Shown piece by piece: positions 24,114 to 37,563 of a DNA stretch of 64,000 bases. A program made the position numbers and the translations under genes. Under the pieces are notes generated by a model. That model searched no databases. It was not told the DNA's origin and saw only the letters and a program-made list of their open reading frames with translations. Source of the DNA: Psilocybe cubensis (taxonomy: Eukaryota); contig CM039000.1 of assembly GCA_017499595.2 (NCBI GenBank), positions 868,001-932,000 of the forward strand, read 5' to 3'. Positions within the stretch are counted from its first letter, which is position 1. Each line of letters opens with the position of its first letter.

Positions 24114-25542
24114 CAGTACTCTTAAGGTATCCTTGATTGTGGGAGAAGAGAAACAAGGGTGATCGCATTGCTCATTTCAAACCCCTATGGCGGGGATCTA
24201 ACATAACACAGCCACTTGATCACGAACGCGGTCTTTGCCGCTTCCGGTTTCCCACAAACCATCTGTGAGGCCCCTATCTGATCTCAGGTGTCCCCATAAT
24301 GTCATGTCCCAACGGTCGAATAACGTTATAACTTCGAAAGAGTTTGTGGAAAATTTTCAAGTTGACTTGAGTTGAAGGCCGTCGCTTCGCACGGCGGTAT
24401 GATTCCTTGATTTTTTGACTATGATTTCACATTTACAGAGTGGAATTAAATTGTTCGACTGTAAGCTGCCACGCTACAAAGGCGACTTCCGAATCTTCAA
24501 AATTTACTCTATCTTTACCGCTTGTGATGCCGTTATGATATCTGGCTCATAGTGCTTTCATCGGAAACGCAATGTAAAGCATGCTGTTCCAAAGTTGAGT
24601 TCTGAATTTCTACATATGTCACATATTAAACTTAATTTTGTTGCGTACATGGATCGGATCGAATCATTAATGAATCTTTAACCCTTCTACTGAGGCAATG
24701 TATTGCTTCGCCCCTTTAAAACCAGGTAGAGAAGTAACCGATAGTGAAACTGTACATTTCTGATTGGTGTTGCCTAAGTCAGTCAGTTCGAGACATGATA
24801 TTCATCGATAGCTATACAATTTGGGCGCAGTTCATGAAGTCCACTAGGAAATACAGATGGAGATTCCAGTCGATATTACCGGATAGAGGAACCTGACCAA
24901 AACAGAGTCAAGTACACGATAAGAATGCGGCACGCTAGATATTCAGACCTATTCAGCGGTACTACTAGGTGAAGGGAATGATGGCCTCAGTATGTATCAC
25001 ATAATCTGCACATTTAAGAAAATAAAAAACACAAATCTAACATTGCCCACCCGCAGATGGCCCGGGAAAAAGAACGAGCCTATACTCCGTATAGGACTCA
25101 TAAAACAAGTAAGTGTTTAAAGCAGCTAGATTTATGAAAACTACCACAACAGTCAGACAATCAGGGAAAAAATCAGTCTTGTCCAAAACATCTTGTCAAA
25201 AATTTCTTTCTAGTAGTAAAAGCCAAGTGGATCACCGCTCATCTACATCCAGACAGATAGCTGGAAGAGAGAAAATTGCAGGAAAAACTTCAACGAAATT
25301 CATTCTGATTCACTATAAATGAATCTACCTCAAAGCATAGGTAGAGTAACACACATTCATTTTATTTTAGGTACAAATTGTTCGTCGATACTGGCTTTCA
25401 ACAACTGTAATTTCATTTTTATATATTTGTTAGATATTACCACATAAGCACTGTTTGTTAATAGGTCAATCATGCTACCAACTGCTAAAATATCCTTTGG
25501 AGTAGATATCCTCATTGCAGTAGGATGTATGTGCTCCCCCGT

Positions 25543-26440
25543 TTATTGTTGCAAGAAGCTGGGCTTCTCGGATGTAGCGGTGAAGCCTCTGTGGTATACA
25601 TTGCTTCCCCACTGAGCGACCCATCGGTTGTCGCCGAATTGCTAATAAAATATTAGCCTCGAATGATGCTTTAAGCAAGTATTTGACTTACCAAGTTGGC
25701 AGTGCACTTGTAAGTGTCACCATCACAGGTCAACTTGGTGACGGGGACAGGGGCGAAGTTAGGTTCCTAATATAGTAAACAAATTGATAGAATCAGCGTT
25801 AACTAGTATGATCGAGTGACATAACTTTACCTCAACGGAAGGAGCGAAGGTGTGGAAAACATTCGCGCTCCATTGAGCAACCCAGCGGCCGTCACCAAAT
25901 TTCTACGTACAATAGGCTTCGTTCAATGGTTAATTATATATACAATTGATCATACGCACCAAGTTGGCAGTGCACTTGTATGTATCACCGTCGCAATTCA
26001 AGGCGGTGACAGGAACTGGGGCCATGGCCATGCGGGCCTATCGAGAGCAGTGAGTTCAACTGCTCGATTTAACAAATCTTTTACTTACAATAGTTTCCTT
26101 GTGATCGATGCCACCGAAAAGGCCAGTGTGGAAGACAGCTGTGTTCCAATCGGCGACCCATCGGCCATCACCGAAATCCTAGAGACTTGTCAAAAACTTG
26201 CTAAAGAACTTGTGAAATATATCGTACGAGAGACGCAGTGCATTTGTAGGTATCTCCGTCGCAGACGAGCTGGGTGACTGGCACAGGGGCTACAAGGTCC
26301 TTGATTAACAACGTCAGTGGCGACCAAAGGCCAAAATATCAACGTCAAGGTCGTACATCAGAGTGGGAACCACCGAAGGGGAATGCTGCAATTGACTGAG
26401 CGGCAGCCAGGAGGGCAAGGAAGCTAGCGGTAAAGTTCAT
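25543..26440 (-). CDS. Secreted 189-aa lectin precursor with three tandem PhoSL-type (core-fucose-binding) 40-aa repeats
   Basis: Seven exons: 26440-26357, 26299-26228, 26178-26089, 26037-25960, 25902-25831, 25766-25692, 25641-25543; all introns GT-AG and phase 0. Signal peptide MNFTASFLALLAAAQSIAA. Repeats: APVPVTQLVCDGDTYKCTASLDFGDGRWVADWNTAVFHTG, APVPVTALNCDGDTYKCTANLKFGDGRWVAQWSANVFHTF, APVPVTKLTCDGDTYKCTANLQFGDNRWVAQWGSNVYHRG. TATAAAAG at ~26511-26518 (minus). Confidence 0.93.
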
Positions 26441-29337
26441 GGTAATCGTGAGTGTATATGCGTTTAACTATCCAGGTGGATGAGTGAAGTTCAACAGCAA
26501 ATTCAAAGTCCTTTTATACGTTTTTCGATGATCTCTAATCTCAACATCACTCAAAACAGCGATACAAAAGGGGATGGTATAGCTTTGTTTGTGACTGGGA
26601 ATTGAGTAAGTTTGGTAATAGAATCAGTAGATTCCTGTAAAGGTCTGGGGCCCCAATCTGTCATGGAGCCTTGGGAAAGGTATATTGCCACCATCCTACT
26701 TCGGTGATCGATCAGTTCCGGTCGAATTGACTTTATTTGCATCTTCCCAGAACGAATAAGGTGTAATAAATAGATTGTCCAAGAGAAATACCAGGTTTGC
26801 TGAGGAAGATTTGCTTGCCGCGTTTTTTCTCCATTCCAGCAAGACTTGTAAAATGTACAAAGAGAATAGTCAACAGGAGATATCCGGTGCTTGGTGACAT
26901 TCGTCTTGCTCCAGGGATAGCCTGCTCGAGAAAAAACTCATACAATGGTTTTGGTCCGCCTTATTCACGTTGAAATATGAATGTCTGATAGTACTTCAAA
27001 GCTAAAAATAACACTATGTAATACTGTGAATCAATTGTCTTCTATTATTTTTCTATCAGATTCATGTTGATACATTGAGTCAACTTGGAATGCAAAGGGA
27101 CGCTCTTCTACAAACTTCGGTGATTCGGCCTAATGGGCTAGTGATATCATGATAGATGTGCTTCTTGTCAATTTAAAAGCTACTATTCTTCCCATTAAAT
27201 TTGGCATCTAGAAGGTGGGGCAGTTCCGTGACCTGTTCCCTGAAGTTGTCAATGTGCATTGTTGAATGAAACCTTTGTCATTTGTGCTAAGAAGTCTATG
27301 AATATCACAATTCTCGCCCTCGGGTACGTTAATCAAATTAAACGAGCCCCGCGTTCAAATTCAAATCATCTTATTTTCAATGACAGTATATTGTTGCTCT
27401 TCACTTGTTTTTTTAAACTTACAAGGACCATAACGCTCCCAATTCAAAGTGGGCGTCGAATATACAAGCAAGTTAGTTGAACAATTAATCAACATCGTAG
27501 ATACTCTGTCGGAGATTCGGTCTTCTCGTTTACATTAACGGCTTGGAGTAACCTTTCGCCTTTGGCAATGCTTCCATGCCGCTTGTCTTGGATGTCTGAT
27601 TAATATTATGATCTGGGACCTGATCAATATCCACTTATCAATTGTAACTTGGGCGGGCAATGTTTTCTCTGCGGCTGCGTTTCTCGTCGGTAAGTGTATT
27701 CTACAAGACGGTACTTGACAGCAAGATTGTTCCAGGGGCTACTCAGCCACATGTTCTCTCCTCTGACGTTAATAAATGTGAGTCAGTTATCCACATCTTT
27801 GGTTATTAAGCTGCGTTACGATAACACGTGTATGAGAAAATATATCAATGTTATATTCCTTGTAAGCCTCGACAATCGAAACTCATATCTGGATCCTATG
27901 GATAAAGCTACGCACTTATTTTTTGGTCTTGTCCTTCTGCATCGTGAAGTTAGAAAGACATCCAATTTAGATTGTTCTATCTTTTCAAAGAGCTTGGCAG
28001 CGCTTTTGCCTTCGCTAAACTTGGAGTACAGCATTTGACTGGAATGCATAATTGAGTAGATGTGAATATACCAAAAGCTCTGTGATGCACTTACTTTGGC
28101 GTGCTCAATGCTCCGTTCGTGTCCTGTTCAATTACTTACCCCATGTTTTTGCTGTTTTGCTGACTTGTATGTACTAAAAGTATAATACGGGTAGGCACTA
28201 GATCGGCCCCCGAATTGAGCGCGACAGCGGCCCTTCAACGCTCAGACGCGATAACATTCCCTCTTGAAAAGCAACGTCGGCATCGGTGGAGCGGCACCAA
28301 AATTAGGTAGGTAAACCGTATGACCCTTTGTGAGCACTTAGAAAGCGAAGTAGACACAGTTCTTCCAGCGACCTTGATGTGATGCCAGCGAATCAACGAC
28401 TGTCGATCCTTCCACAATTACGAGCACCATCCATATGTCAATCGATGGGTAATGCGAAGAGAAGGATGCATAGTGGCGCATCAGCTTGAATGAGCAAACG
28501 TGCGACGGCAACGTCACAAAACGAGTCAAACTAGGTATCAAGCACAATTCTTCATTTTCGGACTTCGAGAAGATATGAGAAATTGGCCCTCTTTCGCGGT
28601 TTGCCGTCTTATTCCCGTCCTTATAAATTCCCACGATAATTGGTTGCTGTTGGATGGACAGTAGAACACGGATTATAGGATTGTGAACAGTTTGTACTGC
28701 CATGTATTCTATTAAAATAAATGGAGTAAAATTGTAGCATGGTACCATGTATGATAAACCTTGAATAATGGCATACATTATTCTGTACACTTTACAATCT
28801 TTTTCATTATGATACATGCCCTCCGCCGAGTTATTAGTAGAATACATGAGAAGAAATAGTTTTTTAAATATTTGTAAGAATTCTTAGAAGGACCGTGCAA
28901 AGTGAGCATACCTTATGATACAATGTTCCGGTTTTTTTTTTTGAATATGTGCGTATGCACAAAATGAATCGGAGATCGAATTTTGATGGGAGTAATCGAC
29001 GCCGGCCGCGCTTATGACTGCATTGTTCCTCACATCCTCCTCAACTACGTAAAAACACATTCACGCTAATCTGATCCATTGCGCAAGTATTCACCTGCTG
29101 TAGACGCTGCCTAGGAATTATCGGACACGGAAATACACTGGGCACTATCCCAGCGGGTTGACAACGCTCTGATAATAGCCGGTATCCGGGAGTCCGGATG
29201 TAGCATATACATTGATGGTGCACACGGAGTAATGTACTTCCTTATAACCTTTCTAGAGTACTTGTTCATCTGTTGTCTACAAAAATTAGGAAATCCCCTG
29301 GAGACGACGAGTTTGTGTAACTCGGTGGCATCTTTAT

Positions 29338-31657
29338 ATGGGCAACTCTTTGCAGGTCTTGGGGTCTTTCGTGGCCTCTTTAAGTGTATATCTGGGTTTC
29401 CAACTCTTCCGAGAACTGTATGATATCTGGACATCTCCTATAAACGTGCTTCCAGGACCACCGAATTCTAGTCTCGTATGGGGAAACATGATCGAAATTC
29501 GTGACGCTGTAGGCTTTGAATGCAACTCTAGGTTGTGTTATACTGATTATCGTGTTTGGGACAGGAAAACTCGGTCAAACACGAAGAATGGGTTAACCAG
29601 TACGGCTCGACGATCAGATACAAAGGGTTCTTTGGGGTATGCTCCCACTTTCTTCCGGCTAAACACTAATGCTTCAACATTGTGTTAGAGAAGTCGCTTT
29701 TACACCGTAGATGTCAAGGCAGTAAACCATATTTTGATGAACAACAATATATATCAGAAGCCGGAATCGGTGCGTTATAATTTGGGACGAATCCTTGGAA
29801 ATGGGGTATTAGTGGTGGAGGGAGACAAACACAAACAGCAGGTGCGTAACGGTAGCGCACTTTGAAGCAGGGACTGATAAGGGCTCGCCCAAAGAGAAGA
29901 ATCATGGTGCTACATATCCGTTGTTATACAACGCGAATTCATCTCATCGAGGTCATCTCTAGAACCCAGCGTTTGGTGCTGTGCAAATCAGAGAGTTGAC
30001 AGAGATTTTCATTGAGAAATCTATCCAAGTAATGTGATTTACTCTCGCAATGGCATGTATATACTCACCATCTACTTCGAAAATTCCAGCTTCGCGACGC
30101 GTGGGCATCAGAAACCAATAAAGAAGGATCGAATGGCAGAATTGACGTGCTATCGTGGCTCAGCAAAATGACGCTTGATGTGATTGGGATCGCAGGTACG
30201 TCTCTCTGTTGAATTTTTCTCATGAAAACACGAACAATTTAATACTACAGGTTTCAACTACAAGTTTGATGCCCTATCAACTGATCCGACAAAGAAAAAG
30301 AACGAGTTGAACGAAGCGTTTTCAACCATCTTTCGTTCGGGCACTCGTATGTCCTTAATTCCTATCATCAGAGGACTGGTTCCCGCTTTGCGTTTTCTTG
30401 TATGTCAAATGAACCCAACCGGATTGTTAATGTTAACGTGAATGGTCTATCTAGCCGGCTGAAAACGATGCAGAAGCAAAGATTGCATCAGAAACAATGG
30501 CCCGCATCGGAAATGAATTGTTGAGAGATAGTAAGGCCGCTGTACTGGAAGAAGATAAAAATGGTAAAACTGTGAAGGCATCTTTCCAGAGACGCGACCT
30601 TCTGTCCCTTTTGCTCAAAGCCAATATGTCAACCAATCTGCCAGAAAATCAGCGAATGTCAGATGAAGACGTTCTCGCCCGTATGTCAATATCTCTTGTT
30701 CATTACTTGATAGAAGCTCATAGTTCATTCACCAGAGGTTCCAACATTTTTAGTCGCAGGCCACGAGACAACAAGGTGCGATCAGCTGGTCCCTGTGGTA
30801 TTTCATGTTCCTGATAGTCAAATAAAGTACTGCGACAACCTGGGCATTGTATCACCTCACTCAAAGCCCGGAGGTTCAACGCAAACTTCGCAACGAACTT
30901 CTTAATGTCTCAACGGACAACCCAACTATGGACGAACTGAATGCTTTGCCATATCTCGATATGGTTGTCCGGGAGTCGCTGAGAGTCACCCCTCCTGTAC
31001 CATCCACCATGCGTATAGCCGAACAGGACGATGTCATTCCCCTTAGTCAACCAGTCAAAGATAGACACGGGAACATACTGGACAGAATCAGGTCTTGTCC
31101 ACTCATCCTCCGCCCTTCATAACACCAGACTCAATTATACTCCCAGAATAACTAAGGGCCAAACAGTCCTAATTCCCATTCTCGCTTTGAATCGCGCAAA
31201 ATCCATTTGGGGTGAAGATGCGGCTGAATACAGGTAAGAGGGAATGTCATTCGACCATTTTACTTTTGTGACCCTCTTTTAGACCTGAAAGATGGCAACA
31301 TATCCCTGAGGGTGCAGGAACCATTCCCGGTGTCTGGGGAAATATGATGACCTTTCTCGGTGGACCTAGGGCGTGTATTGGATACCGCTTTTCTCTAGTC
31401 GAGTAAGTATGAATGATTGGCGGCGCAATACTTTTTGGGGCTGCCACTATTTCTATGTGCTGCCTTGCTGAATTATCTTAATTTCTTTTAGGATGAAAGC
31501 TCTGTTGTTTACACTCATTAGGGCATTTGAATTTGAGTTGGCAGTAGATCCAAGCGACATCATGAAGAAGTCGACTATAGTCCAACGGCCCCTCCTGAAG
31601 TCGGATCCCGAGGGTGGAAACCAAATGCCGCTGATCCTCAGATCAGTCAAAGTGTAG
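29338..31657 (+). CDS. Cytochrome P450 monooxygenase
   Basis: N-terminal membrane anchor plus LPGPP, I-helix VAGHETT, ESLR, PERW and haem motif [10 protein letters not shown]; multiple canonical introns. Confidence 0.95.
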
Positions 31658-32080
31658 AGACTGCCCCGTCAGCTTGGTATGATAGTGTAGGATATTTATG
31701 GGGGTCTATTTTGACTGATGTCTGTACTCCTAAACTTTTATCTATTTGAGTCTATACCCTCCTTTCTTCAGTGTGAGTGTCGAATTTTCAAAAATCCAAC
31801 TCCTTGGCCACGCTGCTGCCAATTCCTGAACCCCCGCCTATCCCTTGAATGAGGAGAATGTCATCTATCACTCAGACCACGCCCGTAACAAATATCTACT
31901 CAAATGAGAGGCCAGATCGAAGCCGCCACTCCGAGCCATGGCTGATTGCCACTCACTTCCAACCTTGGCGACAGCCAGTCCTTCCATTTTTGGAAATCTT
32001 ATTTTTGGTACCGAGACGAGAAGAGGCAAAATCATGGTTACTCCTTTCTTTAGACGACAACTGGCAATATCTTCTCTGTC

Positions 32081-33872
32081 ATGAACCCAAATTCACCAGG
32101 TCACGACTCACTAGAATCAGACATTGAAATGATTGATGTCCGTGAGGCTACGTCGCCGCCGAAACTCCACCAGAACGGTCACATTCACCCAGATCCTGAA
32201 TGGGACGACGATGACGAGACTTTGCCGAATGACGATGGGAGTAGAGGACTGTTGAGCGGGAATGCTGAGAGGACGCGGTTTGAGACGAAGTCTGTGAAGA
32301 AATGGCCCCAGGTGAAGAGTATTGTCGTCGAGGTACGTGGCATACCGCTATTCATTGTCTATATCACTGAACGACGATGTTTTAGAGTGCCCCGGCACTC
32401 CTTATGACGACGGTCAGTCTGTTATTTACAGGGAAATTGTTGGATAAAGTATCAGTAAGTCGATGCTTGTTATTCCTGCTTGCACAAAAGAAATAACGCA
32501 GTGTACTACAGCACTGGCGCGCTATGCAAGAAGTCGACCAACTCATCATGATCATTCCCGTCGTATTAAACCTCAATGGCAATCTAGAGATGAATCTTTC
32601 TGCTCGCTTAGGCACTGCTGCCAACATTGGCGAACTAGACGACCCCACAGTCAGGCGGTCCATGATAATGGGTAGTTTGGCTCTTCTTCAAGTGCAAACT
32701 GTCTCGGTTTCATTCATTGCGGCTTGCATTGCCCTTGTTCTGGGTCGTTTCGTTCCACATAACGGGCCTGAAAATGCGCCATCTTTGTCCAACAATTCCA
32801 CGACCACCGTGGTCCGCGATCTGGCAACGTTTTCATTGGAGCACGTAGTTCGAGACGTGGAAGTTGGCCGAAAATCCGGAATCCCAACGTATGTGTTTTA
32901 TTAGCGTTATGTTGTTCCTAACTGTGAACTCATTCATTGCCTGCAGATTGATTATGGTGGCGGCGACTACGATGGCTGCAGCGGCACTTTCGGGGGTTAT
33001 TCTCGGTTCATTTATGTGTACCCTCATCGTACTGTGCCGAAAGTTTGACCGGGACCCAGACAATATAGCACCCGCCGTGGCATCCTGCTTGGGAGATTTG
33101 GTTACCCTCGTTCTTGTGGGATTTGTTTCCACTCTGCTTATACCCTTCATCCGCACTCCAATACCCTTCATCGTCGCATGTCTTGTCCTCGGCATTGCCA
33201 TCAGCTGCTTTATTTACGTCCTGAAAAATGAGCGTGTGCGCCCGCTGTTAAAAGAAGGGTGGTCCCCTTTATTTGGCGCTATGGCTATTAGCAGCGGCAC
33301 TGGTATCGTGTTGGACATGTTCGTCAGCCGGTACGAAGGTTTCGCCGTTCTAGCCATTGTGATATCAGGACTTCCAGGGGCTGCAGGTTCAATCTTAGTT
33401 TCGAGACTGTCGACAGCTCTTCACGCAGCAAAATTGGCATTAAACAATGCTCTTCCATCATACTCCACACCCCATAAACATCCAGAACCTAGTCCCCTTC
33501 TCACTATGGTCACCCTACTCCTCATCACGCTACCCGTAGAAGTCGTATTCCTATCCGTTTTAGATGGCCTAGGTTGGCTTAACCTTCCGATATTGTTTGT
33601 TATGTTCTCAATCCTATTTTTTGGATGTGCCGTAAGTTTTTTTTACCGTTTTATTGTCAAAGATCATTTCTAAAATTCAATGTCCATAGGTCTTTGCATC
33701 GCTAATTATTGCTCGCCTCCTCACCAATTTTCTTTGGTCAATTAACCGAGACCCCGACATGTACGCGTTACCCATACACTCGGCGCTAATGGATCTTATA
33801 GGGCAATTGCTCCTTGTCCTTTGCTTTGAGATCGTTCAAAGGCTAGGAGGAAAAGTTCACGCACGGAGCTAA
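32081..33872 (+). CDS. MgtE/SLC41-family divalent cation (Mg2+) transporter
   Basis: IPVVLNLNGNLEMNLSARLGTAANIG, DPDNIAPAVASCLGD, GWSPLFGAMAISSGTG and DPDMYALPIHSALMDLIG, i.e. two MgtE repeats. Confidence 0.9.
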
Positions 33873-34507
33873 CAACTCCTTCATTGTCCCAAGCTTGTAT
33901 CTGCATCTGTTTTAGATATCACTACATGCATCTTACCTACATCTTTCTTGCTAACCATAATCTGTACTATAGCCCCCTGTAATGATGTCCGTACCCTGCA
34001 TCCCTTTTACGACGAACATGCACACATCTACTTTGGCCGTTTGCCCATGCTCTCACATGCCAGGAATTTTTACTCTGTATTTATTACATATCCTTATTCG
34101 TCGTATTCTTCCTGTTTTGCTAAACTACGCTTGAAACATGCCGGATTTCATTGGAATTGCTGTTTTTCTTTCGGAAGGCCATAATTTTTGCGGTATCAGC
34201 ACTTTTCTTGACTCGTGAAGATGTAGTCTATCATCACTGACTTTTCAGCTGAAATGCCAAGCCTATGTATTGAATCACAGGTCACGTGAAATGAGTGAGT
34301 TATCGTGCGCGTGATCTGTACGGTACGGTGTAAAGCTTGTTCGCACCTTGGACCTCGACCTTCAATTACCTTCATATAGTTCTCCGAGAACTTGAGAACG
34401 GCTCTCCACTCTGGGCCTCAATCAGGCCGACAGTTGCCAATATACGAATCACAGCCGGAGCCACCTGTTTCTGACTGACGCGAAGTCCGAGACCGCGTTA
34501 CGACAAC

Positions 34508-36921
34508 ATGGCATCTAGGCTTGTCGTATACAGCACTCCAGTATCCATAAACTCTTCGTTGCTGAAGCATCAACCAGATGCAGTACCATCTATTGATGAA
34601 CTGGAGCGACTTCAAGCGGAACTTATACAAGCCAAGCAGAGTGCTTTAGAACGAGGCCGTAAAGCGGAAGAGGATATTAGGACAATCAAAGAATCCGTGC
34701 GTCGGATTACGGAGAGAGAGAAGGGGAAATATAAAGCAGTTGATGAAGTAAAAAGGGAACGCGACTGTTAGTATGCCTCATTTTATCAGGATGAAGATTC
34801 TAATTTTTCGGTTTGCATACATCTGCCACATTCATATTGTTATGTGCTCTACATACACTTGATCTACCATCGGATACTATTCCCTTTCCGGTTTCCCTAC
34901 TACTTCGGGCACTCTTCATACTCCTAATTCATTTCTGTCGACGGGCGTCTATTTCAACTCGATACGTCTTTTGGACGTTCATAGACACACCTTTACCCGA
35001 AGCCGACGACATTAAACCTTCAAGTGCATTTCATGGCAGTTCACTCAAATCGCGCCACTCGCATCCTACCAATGCACTACCAACATCTTCCTCCAGGTCG
35101 TCTGTAGATCCACGTCGGTCGTAAGTGCCGAGTTCCCATGCAATTTTCCCAAAGTTGACCTCTTTCCAGAGCTGCTGATGAACTAAAAAAGAAGAAGAAA
35201 AAGCGGAAAAGGGAAGGAGGGGACAGTGATGTTGAACCAGGTAATGCAAATGGATGTTTTATTTAGTACTAAGCTTATATGTACACAGATATACAGAGGC
35301 CTCGGAAACTATCACCACCATTGGTTCATGCCACAAACCATCCACCACCGGCAAAGGTGCCCAAACCCTCTGTCTTGTCCACGGTGCCACATAATAAGGT
35401 AAAATTTCTTGAGATACTTCTCTCCAATGCGAATTTTAACCTGCGCACGTAAGAACGTCTCTGGACCTGACTTTTCAGTTCCCCCAACGCAACAACTCCT
35501 ACCGCCTCGACCACCGATACCCCCTCCTCCAATACCCGGCCCCAGCAAACCTATCGAAGTTACTGAAGATTTCAGCAAAGCTAAAGTGCCCGCACAAATA
35601 CTTGTATCAACATTCTACACCAGCATTGAACCGTATATTCGTAATATTAAGGAGGAAGATGTGGGATTCCTAGAGTACACCGGGGACGAGGTCGAACCTT
35701 TCGTTATGCCGAAATTAGGGAGACATTACCTTGATGTCTGGGAGGATCAGGATCAGGGGATTCTACCTGCGTCGTCTATACTTGTCGAGCCACAGATTGC
35801 ACCTCCGAGTACATTTGCAGCACCGACTCCGAAATGGGATCCTTCTACGCTATCAGAACCTGATTTGGTGGGAGAAGAGAAGGGGCACGGCCCTTTGACG
35901 GAGAGGGTGATCAGCGCGTTGCTACCGATCCCAGACGTGATAAACCAGTGGAAGGGAGTGAAAGCAGCTGAGGATGCGATGGAAGGCCGACCCGGTGGCA
36001 GTGGTGCTGCCGCTGCAAGACGAGAGCGTTTAAACGTCACAGACCTCGAGGCGAGAATCAGAGATACGATGAGATATCATGGGTTGATAGATGCTGTTGT
36101 AAGATCACTGACTGTTTATCTCTTTTTAAAAATTCTCATGGCTAATTCTTCTTTAGCCTGATTTCACAGAAAAGGTCGATGATCCTATTGCGACGGCTCT
36201 TCGGGAAGCACAGCGAGAGTTGAGACAAGTTCTGGCAACGAACAAAGCCCGGAAGGCTCGCTTGGCAGCTATTGCTCGTGATCGGCTTGGTTATCAGGAA
36301 TATCTTGAACTTCGAGATTCCATCGACAAAAACATTACAACGTTATATGCCAAATTGCAGAAGAAGGATGCACCCAAGGCGAACAAGAAGAAGAAAAAGC
36401 CTCTGCAAGGAGCAGCTGCGGCCGCGGCTGCTAATGCTGCTGCCAATGCTGCGAAAGCAGCAAAAGGCAGTGTCGCGCCTGAAGACCAGCCTTTAACGCT
36501 TGCACCTTGTCCTGCGGCACTTGGTCTTACCCCAGATGAGGACAGCTTTCTAACAGTGAACGACCAATTGAAGCAGTTGGTGGAAACTCGGCGACAATGG
36601 GTAGACACTGTTGGTTCAATATTTGATCAGAAAGAGGCAGAGAATCCTGGGAGGATTTACGGCCTACCGAAGGAGAGCATTTACCTTGGGATTGAGGAAG
36701 AGGTGAATGCAATGATGCCCCCAGAACCACCCAAGGCTTCTTCGTCAAGTAATGTCACCATAAATGGTGCCTCTGGTCAATCTGCACCATCTGGTGGTCC
36801 GAATGGAATGGTGCAGAACGGTTACACAGGTGGTATCTCCCGGAGCAATGGAAGTTTCACCGTTAACAGCAGTCATAAAGGCAAAGAAAGGGCCAAAAAC
36901 GACGCGATGGACATTGGATGA
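34508..36921 (+). CDS. NGG1: SAGA/ADA histone acetyltransferase subunit Ada3/Ngg1
   Basis: EDFSKAK..Q....TFYTSIEPYIR, PFVMPKLGRHY, GPLTERVISALL, LEARIRDTMRYHGL and DDPIATALREAQRELRQV..NKARKARL. Confidence 0.85.
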
Positions 36922-37563
36922 TCCTGCCTGTGGATTTTTTTCATCCTCGCCTTTTTTTTATTTAAATTTCATTTTCATTGTGACGTTTTTTTTTCTGTAT
37001 GGGGTTTTTTCTCCCTGTTTTCATTGGTTTTTATTTTCTATTTTGTCTTTATCTTCCAACTGTTGTGTTTTCTGTTGCTCTGTACATGCCCTGTTCCTTT
37101 TTGATATATATCTTCCCTTTGCACTTTGGATAGGAATTCATCGTCATCTTCCTCTCATCTTCCGACACCCGGTCTTTAACTTCCCTTCCAACTCCCCGTC
37201 ATCACTCCTCGCCACACGCCCACCACGTCTGTCCGCTCATGACATCCAACACAATCCCACTCATCGTCGTATTTTCCCTATCCCACAACCTTTCCCATTC
37301 ATTCTTTGTTAGCTATTACATTATTTGTATCGTGCATTACATCACTTGCGTTGCATTAATAGGCCATGTTTCAGCTACGTTCCTGAAGTAAAGGTTTTTG
37401 CATCATTTTATAACTTGGAGGAGCTCAATCAACACAATCGTGGATAAATGGTGATATCACAGGGGTAACGAAGATGTTGCGAGGAATTACGCAAGAGACA
37501 AGATTTGTATTGACAAGGAAAGGTAGGGCGACAACGTAGTGCGGAAAAGTATGAGAATGGCGA

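Noticed and set aside
26550-29230. Scattered splice-like signals and short ORFs between the lectin and the P450
   Set aside because: I could not assemble a coherent reading frame.
23121-31657. Betalain or secondary-metabolite cluster (DODA plus P450)
   Set aside because: The genes are 5 kb apart with a lectin between them, there is no backbone enzyme or tyrosinase, and nothing ties this P450 to tyrosine hydroxylation.
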